A stretch of 64,000 nt of DNA from Mobula hypostoma (taxonomy: Eukaryota). The stretch lies in NCBI RefSeq assembly GCF_963921235.1, contig NC_086097.1:179740001-179804000 (forward strand). The letters are read 5' to 3'. Below, in pieces: positions 12,402-25,790 of this stretch; the first letter of the stretch is position 1; every line of letters starts with the position of its first letter. Made by a program: the position numbers and the translations under genes. The notes beneath the pieces were generated by a model. That model saw only the letters and a program-made list of their open reading frames with translations, ran no database searches and had not been told where the DNA came from.

Positions 12402-12738
12402 AGGTATATGGAGGATGTTAGAGGCAAGTTGTTTTTTTTTTAAACAAAGAGAGTGGTGGGTGCGTCAAATGCACCACCATGGCTGGTGGTAGAGGCAGAT
12501 ACATTAGGGAGATGTGGAAGACTCTTGGATAGGCACATGAAGGAAAGAAAAATGGAGGGCTATGTGGGAGGGAAGGGTGAGATTGATTTTGGAGAATGCT
12601 ATAAGGTCATTTTAACATCAAGGGCCGGAGGGCTTGTACTGCGCTGTAGTGTTCTATGAAGGTTCTGCCTTATTTCACCAATATCCTACAGCCTTTTAAA
12701 GACAAGTTAAACATTTAAAAACAGGAGAAGATGCTTGC

Positions 12739-12849
12739 CTTTTCTTCGAGCGCATTAATATCTTGAATGAGATTCATGTTGTCACTCTCCAGGTTGTCAG
12801 TCCTTTTCACCTGATCATTAACTATATCTCGATAGTCATCCAGCTCATC
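12739..12849 (-). CDS. LAMA3: LAMA3 exon, coiled coil (DELDDYRDIVNDQVKRTDNLESDNMNLIQDINALEEK), 111 nt, GC donor
   Basis: Acceptor ccctgtttcAG; the frame and the 37-aa length place the donor at AAG|GCAAGC. Confidence 0.85.
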
Positions 12850-13013
12850 CTGAAACAGGGAACAAATTCACCCAGGTACATCAGTACAACTCCATTTGGG
12901 ACTTAAGATGCTTTTCTTTGTCACACATTTTACTTTGAGGGAGTATAAATTATTCTTGGTCTTTGGATGGCTTTCAAATTTGTTGCACATCACTCAGACA
13001 CATGCAAATGCAC

Positions 13014-13960
13014 CTCACACACATACACCCACTGTCACACACACACACACACACACACATACACCCACTGTCACAGACACACACACCTCATCACACGCAC
13101 ACACACCCCCACTGTCACAGACTGTCATACACACACACACATACACCCACTGTCACAGACTGTCTCACACACACACACACCCAGTCACAGACTGTCTCAC
13201 ACACACACACCACTGTCACACACACACACACACAGTCACAGACACACACACCTCATCACACGCACACACACCCCCACTGTCACAGACTGTCATACACACA
13301 CACACATACACCCACTGTCACAGACTGTCTCACACACACACACACCCAGTCACAGACTGTCTCACACACACACACACCTCACTCACACACACACCCACTG
13401 TCACACACACACACACACAGTCACAGACACACACACCTCATCACACGCACACACACCCCCACTGTCACAGACTGTCATACACACACACACATACACCCAC
13501 TGTCACAGACTGTCACACACACACACCCCCACTGTTACAGACTGTCATACACACACACATACACCCACTGTCACACACACCCCCACTGTCACAGACTGTC
13601 ACACACACACCCCCACTGTCACAGACTGTCACACACACACACCCACCTCACACACACACACACCCACTGTCACAGACTGTCACACACACAAATACACACA
13701 CACATACACCCACTGTCACACACACACACCCACTGTCACACACACACATACACCCACTGTCACACGCACACACCCACTGTCACACACACACACACCCACC
13801 TCACACACATACCCACTGTCACAGACTGTCACACACTGTCTCACACACACACACACATAGATGCACTCTCATGCACAGACACACACACATATTCCCTTTT
13901 GTGCTCACACGCACATATACACTCTCACACACAGACACACACAGACACTCTCATGCACAT
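13014..13960. repeat. Compound (CA)n / CCCACTGTCACAGACTGT microsatellite with three larger duplicated blocks
   Basis: Direct reading; the block TCACAGACACACACACCTCATCACACGCAC recurs at about 13071, 13236 and 13421. Confidence 0.97.
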
Positions 13961-14246
13961 TCTCTCTAACACATACTATCCATTCATACAAACACCTTCA
14001 TAAAAATATACAAGAAAAAAAACTCCCTCTTTCTCTCCCAGACATACACACAACAATCACAAACTTTTTGTTATTAATTGAGAATATTTCAATATTATGA
14101 TGGCATTTTCCTTAAATGAAGAAATGCACATTAGGTTTTACAATGATGGCAAAAATGTTGCTCTGTGTTGGGTCTCCAAGTAAAGTTTTGAGATGGATGT
14201 GAAAATAAGAGCATATATCATTCCAAATGTCACTTCTCGTGCATAC

Positions 14247-14398
14247 CTTGCTTTGTTTTATGGCCTTATCCAAATTGTTCATACGAAGCTGAGTACTGAC
14301 ACTGACGTTTGCATTTTGAATCTGCAGCTTGATTTTTTGAATGTCAGAATCCATCTTGTTCAAGTCAAATAAGAGTGTTTCCACACAGCTGTCGCAAA
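14247..14398 (-). CDS. LAMA3: LAMA3 exon, start of coiled coil (CDSCVETLLFDL...DKAIKQSK), 152 nt
   Basis: Acceptor cttcattcccAG, donor AAG|GTATG, phase 1-0; CDSC interchain motif. Confidence 0.95.
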
Positions 14399-16806
14399 CT
14401 GGGAATGAAGAACAGGGATAGAAAAGGGACATTAGCAGAGACACTATATATATCCCTCAACTCTTACTGATTTTTAATCGATGCACCATACAAAGAATCA
14501 TATCCATATGCATCACTGCTTGGTACAGCAACTGCCCTGCTCGTGTCCACATGAAACTGTGGAGAGCCGTGAACACAGCTCAGCACGTGCAAACCGATCT
14601 CCTCTCCATGAACTCTGTCTGCACTTCTCACTGCTTCAGTAAAGCAGTCAGCAGAGTCAAAGAGCCCTCCCACTCTATGCATTTTCTCGTCTCCATGAGG
14701 CAGAAGGTATAAAAGCCCGAGGGCGTGTACACCAGACTCGAGGACAGCTCCCATCCACTGTTACAAAATAACAACCCTCTAATATGATAAGTTGTACTTC
14801 TGAACTCACAATCCATCTCTTAGTGACCATGCACACACTTGTTTACCTGCACCACTGCTACATTTCATTTGGCACTGTTATTGGTTTATCTTGTTCTACC
14901 TCAATGCACTGTATAAAAACATGATCTGTATGAACAGTATGCAGGACAAGCTTTTCACTGTATTTCCTCCCTGTACATGTGACAAGGAGGAATTTCTTCA
15001 GCCAGAGGGAGGTGAATCCATGGAAGTCACTGCCACAGAAGGCTGTGGAGTCCAGGTCATTGGGTATATTTAAAGTGGAGGCTGATAGGTTCTTGATTAG
15101 TAAGGGTGTCATAGATTAAGAGGAAAAGGCAGGAGAACGGGGGTGAGAGGGTATATAAATCAGACGTGATTGAATAGTGGAGCAGACTCAATGGGCAGAA
15201 TGGCCTCAATTTCCTCCTTTGGCTTATGGTCCTAATAGTAAACCAATTCGTTGAAGGGGAATGCTCTTGTGATGCAAAAGTATCCCCAACCACAAAATAA
15301 TATTAACTTCTGAATTGTTAGCCTGCAGCTACCGCTGGCTGTATCAGCCAACTGTTGAGTACACAGATATTCTGACTCCAGGTTTTCTGCTGTTAGGGAA
15401 ATATTTATCTTTAAATGTTGCTTATTGTGGGCCTTGGGATCTATGACAGTTATTGAGCCCTGAAATGCTGTCACAATAGAAGAAGTACTTATATTAAATT
15501 GTAACTGATCGATGAGATACTCGGCTGATGAAATATCATCACAGAGACATACAGCACAAAATAGACCCCCATGTCCATGTGGAGCTTTGTGTCAATTGAC
15601 ACTAATCTATTAGGAGTGTATCCTTCTAATATTTAGCCTATTCAATTATCTGTCTTAATGACCGTAAACATAGCAATTGTATTTGATTTCACCACTTTCT
15701 CTGGCAGCACTTTATCATCCATTCTCTGTATAAAAAATAGAGTTTACCCCTCACCTCCCCTTTAAGACTCCTTCCTCTCACCTTAAACCCATGCCTTTTG
15801 TTTTGATACTCCTACCACATGAAAAAGCTTCTGACTATCTACACAATGCCTCTCATCATCTTATATACTTCAACCAATGATATTAAGCCTGATTCTGATT
15901 GATTCTTCAACCTCCAGGGAAAAAAGGCCCAGCCTATCCAATCCCTCCCCATCACTAAAGTCCTCCAATCCAGGCAACATCCTTCTGCATCTTCTCCGTA
16001 CTCTCTCCCGTACAACCACATCCTTCGTATGGTGTGGTGATTAGAATGCACACAATGCTCCAAGTGTGGCTAAACCCGTGTTTGGTAAAGCTACAATATA
16101 ATGTCCTAACTCTTTCATTCTGAGCTTGGGACTTGGTCACAGTGATGAATGATGGGGAACAGGAAGAGGATTGGGAACAACTGATGGTCTGGGCAAATGC
16201 ATCACGCTCAATGACAAAGTTATTCAATAAACCCTACTCCTCCTTCTATGTATCCTTTCAGTGTTTTATCAATTACTTATTAATGGTTCCCACTGAATCT
16301 ACTTTGACCAATATTCAGTACATCCTGTAGAGTCAGACAGTCAAACAGCATAGAAACAGGCCCTTTAGTCCAACCGGTCCATGCCGACCAACATTCCCAT
16401 CCACGCTAGTCCCATTTGCCTACATTTGACCCTCTTACCCTTTCTAGACATGTACTAAGTGCCTTTTAAATGTTAAGATACCTGCTTCAATATACTGACC
16501 ATGCTCTGGGTGAAAAAGTGGCTCCTCAGATTCCTATTAAATCTCTTCCCCTTTTCCTTAAATCTGTACCCTCTATTTCTTGATTTCCCAAACCTGGGAA
16601 AAAAATTATGTGCATTGACCCTATCTATGCCCCTCATGATCTTATACATCTCTATAAGATCACCCTTCACTCTCCTATACTCACAAATCAGGGCGTAAAG
16701 GAAGACTTGGGGTAATGACTGGCATCTGGTGGCTCTAGCCCCTCTCAGCCTCCCCTCCCCAGAAATGCCAGAAGCCAGGACAGAGCTGATGAGATTAGTT
16801 ACTCAC

Positions 16807-16857
16807 TGTCACACTTTTCATCAGAACTGGTATCTTTCGGTTCCTCGTTTGTACAGT
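16807..16857 (-). CDS. LAMA3: LAMA3 small exon, linker (DCTNEEPKDTSSDEKCD), 51 nt
   Basis: Acceptor tctcttcacAG, donor A|GTGAGT, phase 1-1; resembles the alpha3-type C.N.EPKD linker. Confidence 0.9.
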
Positions 16858-18996
16858 CTGTGAAGAGACAAAACACATTAATGAGTCGAGTTTGTCATGG
16901 ACATTAAGAAGAAAACAATGATTGTAGGGATTCTAAGGAGAGAGACAAAAAAAGGAATATTTTAAGCAATGACCATGTTTACTTGTTCCTGTTTAATACA
17001 GTGGCACAATACTGAAACACAATTCAGAAAGAAAACAGCCCTTTGAGTTCATGCTGACCATCAGCCACCCATTCAAACAAATCCTATGTTAAGCTCAATT
17101 TGTTTTTATTCTTACCACGTCAATTCACCACCCCTCCTGCCAGATTCTACCATTCACCTACACATAGCGGACCCACGCGGCCACAGGGAGAATGTGGCAA
17201 ACTCCACACAGACAGCACCAGAGGTCAGAATCAAACCTGGGTCTCTGCCAATGCAAGTACACTCACAAAGTTTAACAGACACAGACAAGTAGATGAACAG
17301 GAATGACTGAGAAGAATATCGGACAAACACGGGCAAATGGGGTAGTTAACTTGGCCAGCATTGATGAGCAACACACACAAAATGCTGGAGGAACTCAGCA
17401 AGCCAGGCAGCATCAATGGAAAAAAGTACAGTTGACGTTTCAGGCTGAGACCCTTCAGCACCGTTGATGGGCTGGGCAGTAGGGCCTGTATCCATGTAGT
17501 TTGACTCTATGACTAACTGTGCCACTATTCAATGCCTATTTTGGATTAGAGCTGTGCCAGAGTTGTCTGCTATCGTCCTTTGCAAACCATTAGGTGAAAG
17601 CATTTGGCCTGCAGCTCCATGCATCTGTGAGGTGGATCAGTGAGGGAACAGCTGGGACCTTACTGCCCAATCCATCTCCTTAACTAGCAGAGTTACGGAC
17701 TGAGGAAGAAACAAAGGAATAAGGGTGGATGGGGGCTACAAATCTCAGGGCTCATGTCATAGATGAAAATTAATGTGCAATTTAACATATCAGTTTAATG
17801 TATGAAGAGTGTTTGATGGCTCTGGAGTTTAAAAGAATGATGGTGGGTCTCATTGAAACCTACCAAATATTGGAAGGCCGAGATAGAGTGTATGTGGAGA
17901 GGATGTTTCTAATAGAGGGAGAGTTTGGTATCAGAGGGCACAGCCTCAGAATAGAAGGACATTCAATAGAATTCATTGCCACAGATGGCTGTGGAGGACA
18001 AGTTATTGGGTATATTTAAAGCACAGATTGACAGGTTCTTGATTAGCAAGGGTGTCAAAGATTACAGGGAGAAGGCAGGAGAATGAGTTTGAGAGGGAAA
18101 ATAAGTCATCCATAAACGCTATTACAGAGACAGCAACCCAAGTCCAGTTCTGCTGCTGTCAGTAAGGAGTTTATACATTTTCCCCAACCATGTGGGTTTC
18201 CTCTGGGTGTTCTGGTTTCCTCCAACATCATCTTTATTCACCATTTCCATTCACATTATTAGGAAATTGCTGTGGTGTGTTGGTGCTGCATGTAACAAAA
18301 GTGACAATATTCAACAATAAAGAATTATATAAAAATAAAGTTAGAAGTACTAATTTAGAATAAAATGTACATATATACCAGCATGCATTTACAACGTAAA
18401 CAGCTTTATGAGAAGTGGTTTAAAGTGTTTACAGTGCAGTGAGGTAATAGATAGAGGTAGGAGGGGAAAGGTTGATGAGTTTAACTGCCTAGGGGAGGAA
18501 ACTTTTAAGGAGGCGTGAAGTTTTTTTTAAACAGCTCTATTGTGCTTTCCCAACATGGGAATGCACATCCCATAGAGGGGTTAGTAGGTATCATTGGGCT
18601 GGAAAGGCCTGTTACTCTGCTGTATCTCTAAATTAATAAATAAAAAGATCCAAGGACGACGACAAGGTTAATTGGGAAGTCTTATATCATATTTCAGATT
18701 TCTCCCACAGGAAAGATGCGGTGAATTGGAAGATAAAAAGATGATACAAGCGAACCATTCAATAGTTTTATAGATTGAAGTTGTCCTTGAGCCCGGCGGT
18801 ATGTGCCTTCAGGATTTTGTACCTTCAGCTCACAGGGAGGGGGGAGGAGGAGTGAGAATGTCCATTTGAGAGGCATGGGTTAATGCAGGAAAGTGGTGCT
18901 GAGATAGATCAGTCATGATCGTAATGTGTGACGGTACAGGCACGAGGGGCCAAATAGTCTCCTGCTCCTGTCTTTAGTGCTGTGTGCCGTGCTTAC

Positions 18997-19118
18997 CTTT
19001 GCAATTGTTGCACTGTCCTGTCAGGGGGTCACAGCTGCTCGAGTCTGCATTGCTGCACTGACATTTCCGACATTTGCTACCAATCTCCAGTGGGTTCCCA
19101 AAGTAACCAGGAGCACAC
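18997..19118 (-). CDS. LAMA3: LAMA3 exon, LE ([40 protein letters not shown]), 122 nt
   Basis: Acceptor ttacccacAG, donor G|GTAAGC, phase 2-1; CAPGYFGNP motif. Confidence 0.94.
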
Positions 19119-20202
19119 CTGTGGGTAACATTAACCATAAGCTCATGCAACCTGTCCGTCTTGGCACAAACTCCCTGTCTACCCTGGGCAGGTGGAGCAG
19201 TATTGGGGAGCTAACATCTCACATCAGTTCAGATTGTCAGAACAAAACAGGGGCAGGAGTGGACACACAGAGTAACCGCAGACAGTAAAAATCTGGAGCA
19301 ACACTCACAAGAAATGATGGAGGAACTCAGCAAGACAGGTAGCATCTAAGAAGGGAAACACCACCCCCTCAGCTAATATGTTCCAGATGTCAACCACCCT
19401 CTGGGAGAAAAAGAAAGTCTTTTTCAAATCTCCTCTAAAGCTGTCGTCCTAAACCTGGTCCCTCTAGTCAAGTGCACCATCGAGATACATCTCAGCTTGG
19501 TACGGCAACTGCTCTGTCTGTGGCCACAAGAAACTGCACAGACTCGTGGACACGGCTCAGCACATCACTGAAACCAGCCAACCCTCCATGGACTCTGCTT
19601 ACATTTCCTGCTGCCTGGGTAAAGCAGCCAGCGTAATCAAAGACCCACCCACCCTGATCATTCTCTCTTCTTCCCCTTCCCATCATGGTTCTACTCCGAT
19701 GTTATACCATTGAGTTGTTTCCCAGTTGAATAGGGTGGACTCTTGACCTCACAGGTTACCTTGTTATGAACTTGCACATTATTTGTCTGCCTGATCTGCA
19801 CTTTCTCTGTAATTGTAATACTTTATTCTGCATTCTATTAATGCATTCTTTGAATGAATTGATCTGCATGAACAGTATGCAAGACAAGTTTTTCCACTGT
19901 AACAGTAATGACTAATTTACCAAGTTTGCTAATATCCACTTTATCTGTACTCCCGATAGTTTCTCACACCACTTGGGTGCCCCTTCAACCTTCTCCGCTC
20001 CAAGGAAAGCAATCCCAGACTCTCCAAACCATACTCATAACTGAAGTTCTGCTCCAGGAACATCCTGGTGAACCTCCCATGTCAGGTGCAATCATGTCCT
20101 TCCCATGGTGCGGTGAGCAGATGTGCAGGCGGCGTTTCAGCTGCGGCCTAACAAGAGTCTTATAACTTTGACTGTCCTCTTATTCGAAGAGCAGAGACCA
20201 AC

Positions 20203-20283
20203 CTCTCACATCTTGTCCCAGTGTAGCCCGTTCTACACGAACACTTCATGGCACCCGCGACCTCATCACAATGTGTGGCAAAG
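20203..20283 (-). CDS. LAMA3: LAMA3 exon, LE (FATHCDEVAGAMKCSCRTGYTGTRCE), 81 nt
   Basis: Acceptor ttccaccacAG, donor AG|GTTGG, phase 2-2; preceded by an 85-nt intron. Confidence 0.93.
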
Positions 20284-20368
20284 CTGTGGTGGAAAGTAAG
20301 TTATAGGTCACCAATAAAAGAGGATGATATTGAATTACTGTTTCAGTGTTCGGTTCTGTGGTCCTTAC

Positions 20369-20487
20369 TTGTTGGAGGAATGTGTGTGTGGACAAGCACA
20401 GGGGCTGCAGCCACCCTGGGCAGCATTTCCATAGAAACCCACTTGACATCGTTCACAGTGATCCCCTTCAGTATTATGTTGACAGTC
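20369..20487 (-). CDS. LAMA3: LAMA3 exon, LE ([39 protein letters not shown]), 119 nt
   Basis: Acceptor ttctgttacAG, donor AA|GTAAG, phase 0-2; CQHNT.G.HCERC motif. Confidence 0.96.
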
Positions 20488-20856
20488 CTGTAACAGAAGG
20501 GAACAACAGTTTAGCTCAGGATAATGGCCACTGAACTCACTGAGTATAGCACGGGAACAGGCCCTTCTGAAGTGAACATACATAGAACATGCTGTAGACC
20601 AGAACAGTACAGTTCAGGCCCTTTGGCCCACAATGATGTGCCAACATCTTAACCTACTCCGAGATCAATCTAACACCCCACTCCCACATAGCTCTCCATA
20701 TTTCTTTCATCCGTGCGCCTTATACCCTGTAACAATATCTTAAATGCCTCCAAAGTATCTGCTTCTAACACTTCCCCCGGCACCTGTCACTCTGTGTAAA
20801 AAAAACTACCGCCGACATCTGCCCCTGATACTTCCTCCAACCACCTTAAAATTATG

Positions 20857-20994
20857 AACACAGAATACGCTGCAGATGCTGGGGTCAAAGCAACACGCTG
20901 GAGGAACTCAGCAGGTGGGGCAGCATCCATGGAAAAGGCGGATTCCACGGATGCTGCCCAACCTGCTGAGTTCCTCCAGCGTGTTGTGCGTGTT
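20857..20994. mobile_element. Fold-back pLTR-derived insert with a perfect 14-bp TSD, inside a CR1 3' fragment
   Basis: ACCTTAAAATTATG at 20843-20856 and 20995-21008; inverted arms of about 44 bp. Confidence 0.85.
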
Positions 20995-23900
20995 ACCTTA
21001 AAATTATGCCCTCTTATATTAGCTCTTGCCACCCTGGGAAAAAGGTGAAGGCTGTTCCCTCTACTTATGCTTCTTATCATCCTGTACACCTCTATCTGAT
21101 GTAATTCTACATGATGTAAATCTCTTCAACCTGTATACGATGATCCCTCAATTCCTGGTATATTGATGTGTCTATCTGAATCCCCTTAAACATCACTATC
21201 GCCATTCTTCCTCCACCACCTGACAGTCCGTTCCAGGCACCCACCACTGTTGTCTTGCACATCTCCCTTAGTCACTCCTCCCAAGTACATGTATTCTAGT
21301 ATTAGACATGTGCATCCCGGGGAAAAAAGATTCTGACTATCCTATCTACACTTCCCATAATTTTACAAACTTCTATCAGATCTCCTCTCCCCCTCCGTCA
21401 CTCCAGAGAAAACAATCCAAGTTTGTCCAGCCTCTCTTTATAGCTCAAATCTCCATTTCAGACAGTGAACCTAATCTGCACCCTCTCCAAAGCCTCCACA
21501 TCCTTCCTACATGGGACGGACACAATTGCATGGACTTTCCCACCTGTGGCCTTTCAAAGTTTTATACATCTTCAGCATGACTTCCTGACTAAAGGACTAA
21601 AAAGCTGAGAAATACTCAACAAATACTAGCAGCATCCGTGAAGAGTGGATCAGCTACCATAAACCAACCAACCTACATACACGAGAGGCTAAAGGTCAAC
21701 AGAGTAGGAGGTGGTGTAGGATATGTGGCAATCAATAATGGACAGAGAGCAGAAGTGTTCACCAGCTTTGATCAGAATTAGCTGGACCACTCTGTAAGTA
21801 TTTCAAAAGTCTTGGTTGAGAATCCGAGCAGCCAGAAAGCAGTCAGTCGTGAGGAGGTTACCATGGCCAGGAAGCCACACAGTGGCACAATGGGTAAAGC
21901 CATTGCCTCGACTCCAGAGAGAGGGGGCTCTCTATAAAAATTGGTGAAGGCTGACAGGGACATGCCAAATTTCTTTAGCTCCTCCGGAAGTAGAGGCACT
22001 GGTGAGCCTTCTTGGCCATGGTTCGGCCAGGACAGGCTACTGGTGATGTACACTCCTAGGAACTTCAAGCTCTCAGCCATTTTGACCTCAGCGTGATTGA
22101 TGTAGACAGGATGAAACTGAAATGTGACATTGATGCTGCAGTTTTAAGTTCATTAGTCTATGCAGGACTATGGGAAAGAACTAGGAAGTGGGAATCAATG
22201 GGTAATTTGCTCAGCCTGAAGGGGAGGCTGAGTCTGATGCAACAGCACTAACAAGACTAAACATATACCAGAGAGACTGGGGCCCATCTCTTCTAACAGC
22301 TATCACTGACATGCAGGGCCAAATGGCCTTTGTGTGTGCTATAGGATTCTATTTGTTACTATTTGTCAAATGAGAGTATAGAGTCACACAGCCACAGAGT
22401 AATACAGCATGGATTCAGGCCATTTGGCCCAACCAATCCATGCTGACCAAGGTGCCTAACCAGCTAGTCCCAATGTCCTGCATTTGGCCCATATCCCTCT
22501 AAGGCCTGTCCCTCCAAGTGCTACTTAAATGATACTACTGTACTTGCCTCAACCATTTCGTCTGGCAGCTTGTTCCATGTATTCACCACCCTCTCCATGA
22601 AAAACTTGCCCCTCAGGTCCCTTTTAAAATCTTACCCCTCTCACCTTATATCTATGCCCCTAGACTTGGACTCCCCTACCCTCAGGAAAAGTCTGTTACT
22701 TTTTGCCTTCCATATTTTTAAACTCTGTACATTCTCATTCTCCTACGTTCCAAGGAATAATGACCTAGTCTGGCCAACTTCTCCATATAACTCGGGTCCT
22801 ATGGTTCTGGCACATTCTCATAAATCTTTTCTACTAAGCACAAAAGCTGTGAAAAGTACATTAATTATCAGGAGAAATTCCAAATAAAAGCAGCATTAAA
22901 AAAATCTTAGTGCTCCAGGTCACAACTGCATGTCACCACTCATTCCTGGTCCAATCCCTGCTCTCAGGCTGTGTAGACATGTTTCACTTCGTTAGGAGGG
23001 AGTGGGATACAAGCAGGAGGATTACAAATTAAAATCTTTAAACTCTGCCCAAAGAAAAGATAAACAATTCTTTTTAATGTGATGCCCTCTCATTGTACTG
23101 AGCGCTGTAGCAGCTTTTAAAATGAAATTCAGATGTTTTCTCTCTGTCTTGGTGTTGCAGGATCTGATGTCACTGGCAAACCCAGCTTCTACCACCCATG
23201 GTGCCAAGTGGTATATGGGAGTGCCTGAGGGCATTTAAGAACTATAGCAGATGTTCACATTAATCTGTGTTATTCACACTATGAAGACTAATAACTGGAC
23301 ACTCCCATTTTATTCAACTGTAACATTTAAGAGTAATTTGGATGGGAGGGATTTGGAGGGATATGGTCCAGGTGCAGGGACTGCAAATGGGACTAAGCAG
23401 AAGGCCAGGTTAGCATGGACTGGTTGGGCTGAATGGCCTGTTTCTGTGATGCAGTGCTCTATGGCTCTTTTTCTGAAAGTGCAGGATTCACTGTAGAGTC
23501 CTGTAGTGTAGGGCTGTAACGTGACCAGACAGAAACTGATGAGCCGCTCCTCGAGCTTGCATTGGACTTGGTTGGAAGAAAGGAGGTGGTAAGGAAGAGG
23601 CCAGATAGGACAGCTGGGAAAGTAAAATTACTTCATGAAGGAATCCTGGAATCTGAGTTGAAGAGTAGATGCAGATTCAATTGTACCATTTAAGAGGGGT
23701 TTGAATAGGTACGTGGATGGAAGGGATATGGAGGGATATGGTCTGGGTGCAAATAGATGGGACTAAGCCAAAGATCAAGTCGACATGAATCTAGATGGGC
23801 TAAAGCATCTGTTTCTGTGCTGTTGTACACTCTGACTCTTTAGACTATATATTCTTTATCAAAGTTTACTTTCTTCATATAACTTTCTTTTAATAATGCT

Positions 23901-25554
23901 TTCCCTTAGCAAAGATGTCTAAAAATTAGTGGGCATCAGATTGTGGTAAAGGTTTAGAGGGGATTTAAGAAAGAACTCTTGTACCAGAGGGTCATTGTAA
24001 TCAGGAATGCACTGTTTGATGGGGTGTTGGAGGCAGACTCATACAACACTGAAGGATCTAGCTGAGCCCTTGAATGATTAAGGCACAGGAGGCTATACAC
24101 CAAGTGCTGGCGACTGGGATTAGTGTACACAGCTACTTGATGATCTGCATGGACACAGTGGGCCAAAGGGCCTGATTCTGTGCTGTGTGACTTCAGAGTA
24201 CTTACTGTGAATGGTTCACACAATTAATTAATCTCCTTTGACAAACATTCAAATAAATTAATCTCCACAGTCTCACTTAAAGGCATTCAGATCAATTATA
24301 TTGTAATATTTGTTCAACAGCCTGTACACACTTCATACTAATCTCTGTTAATTGCTGCCCAACCCTATGTGGTAAATCAATTGGAATCACTGTACAGAGA
24401 AGATTACAATACTCATTATTAAAGAATTACAGTCACATAGCATAGAAACAGGCTCTTCAGGCCATATTGAATATGCAAGTCATAACGTCTATCTAATCTA
24501 ATCCTATTTGCCTGCACTGAGCCTGTATCTCTCTACTCCTTTCCTATCCAAGTATTTGTCCAAATGTCTGCTAAATGTTGTACCTGCCTCTGCCACTTTC
24601 TGGCAGTTTGCTGCACATGCCCATCTCCCTCTGGGTGAAAAACTTGTTATGGCAAATCAGATAAAATGCTCCTGAGGAAGGAGCTTTGAACAAAGGATCT
24701 GAATCAAAATTGGACAATAACTTTTTTCCTGTTCATCAGAAGAGGGAGTTTGCTGTCCTTTATGTGGTTGCAGACCCGTCAATGACGCGAGCTGCATTCT
24801 TGCCTGCTGGGCAGTTAAGGATGGGATGGACGATAAATGCTGGCATTGCCTGTGGAGCTGGTTACCACAGACGCAGAAATAAAATAAATCAAGATTTTAT
24901 ATAGATGTCCTGTGTAGTGGACTCACATCTGCAGTTTACTGCACAGAGATTCTGAGTACAAATCCAAGCAACACACACAAAATGCTGGAGGAACTCAGCA
25001 GGTCAGGCAACATCTATGGAAGGATGTACTGTAATGTGTTTCTAGATGTTACAGCTCCCTGACTAAGTACCACAAATTGTGTTCTTATAGAAATCGTCAC
25101 AAAGGCATTGAGTTCACAGCATGGAAACGGGCTCTTCAGCTCGATTGATCCATGCTGACCAAGATCTCTATTTAATTTAGTCCTATTTGCCAGTGTTTGC
25201 CCCCTAACCTTCTTAACCTTTTTCTGTATCTATCCAACCGTCTTTAAGAATTGTCAATGTACCTGTCTCAAGCTCTGGCAGCTCCTCCAGAGAGATACCT
25301 CCTTTTGTGTATAACTTACCTTTCATTCATTTTCTTCCTGCCGAATACTGCTTACTTCATGCTCTGTGCCTGTGATGCTGTTGCAAATAAGTTTTTTTCA
25401 TTGCACTTGTGCATGTGACAATAAACTGGATTTTCACTTTGACTCTTTGCTAGGATCATCAGCATCAGCTCCAAGCTCAATGCACCAAGACAGAAAAAAA
25501 TAACTCCTGTCATTTGATCTCTGAAAAATGCGTCAGTGTTGATTGGATTTGAAA

Positions 25555-25790
25555 GGGCAGCACAGTAGTGTGGTGGCTAGCGTAACGCTATTACAGCACC
25601 GCCAGCCCGAGTTCAATTCCACCACTGTCTGCAATGAGTTTCTACATTCTCTTTGTGACCACATGGGTTTCCTCTGGGTGCTCCAGTTTCCTCCCAAATT
25701 CCAAAGATGCCCTGGTTAGTAAGTTAATCGGTTACATAGATGTAATTGGGCAGTCCGGGCTCGTTGGGCCAGGGGGGCCTGCTGTAGTTT
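25555..25790 (+). mobile_element. tRNA-derived V-SINE-like element
   Basis: A/B-box head (GGTGGCTAGCG...GAGTTCAATTCC) and central GGGTTTCCTCTGGGTGCTCCAGTTTCCTCCC domain. Related copies at about 1-60(-), 10311-10510(+), 11380-11610(-), 17100-17250(-), 27590-27750(-), 29960-30200(-), 36550-36780(-), 38860-39000(+) and 45290-45470(+). Confidence 0.75.

Noticed and set aside
12896..14003. Three long His/Thr-rich ORFs (297-357 aa)
   Set aside because: Translation of a stop-free (CA)n compound repeat, open in all three frames; not genes
25555..25630. tRNA gene
   Set aside because: A/B-box head without a complete cloverleaf, continuing into a SINE body
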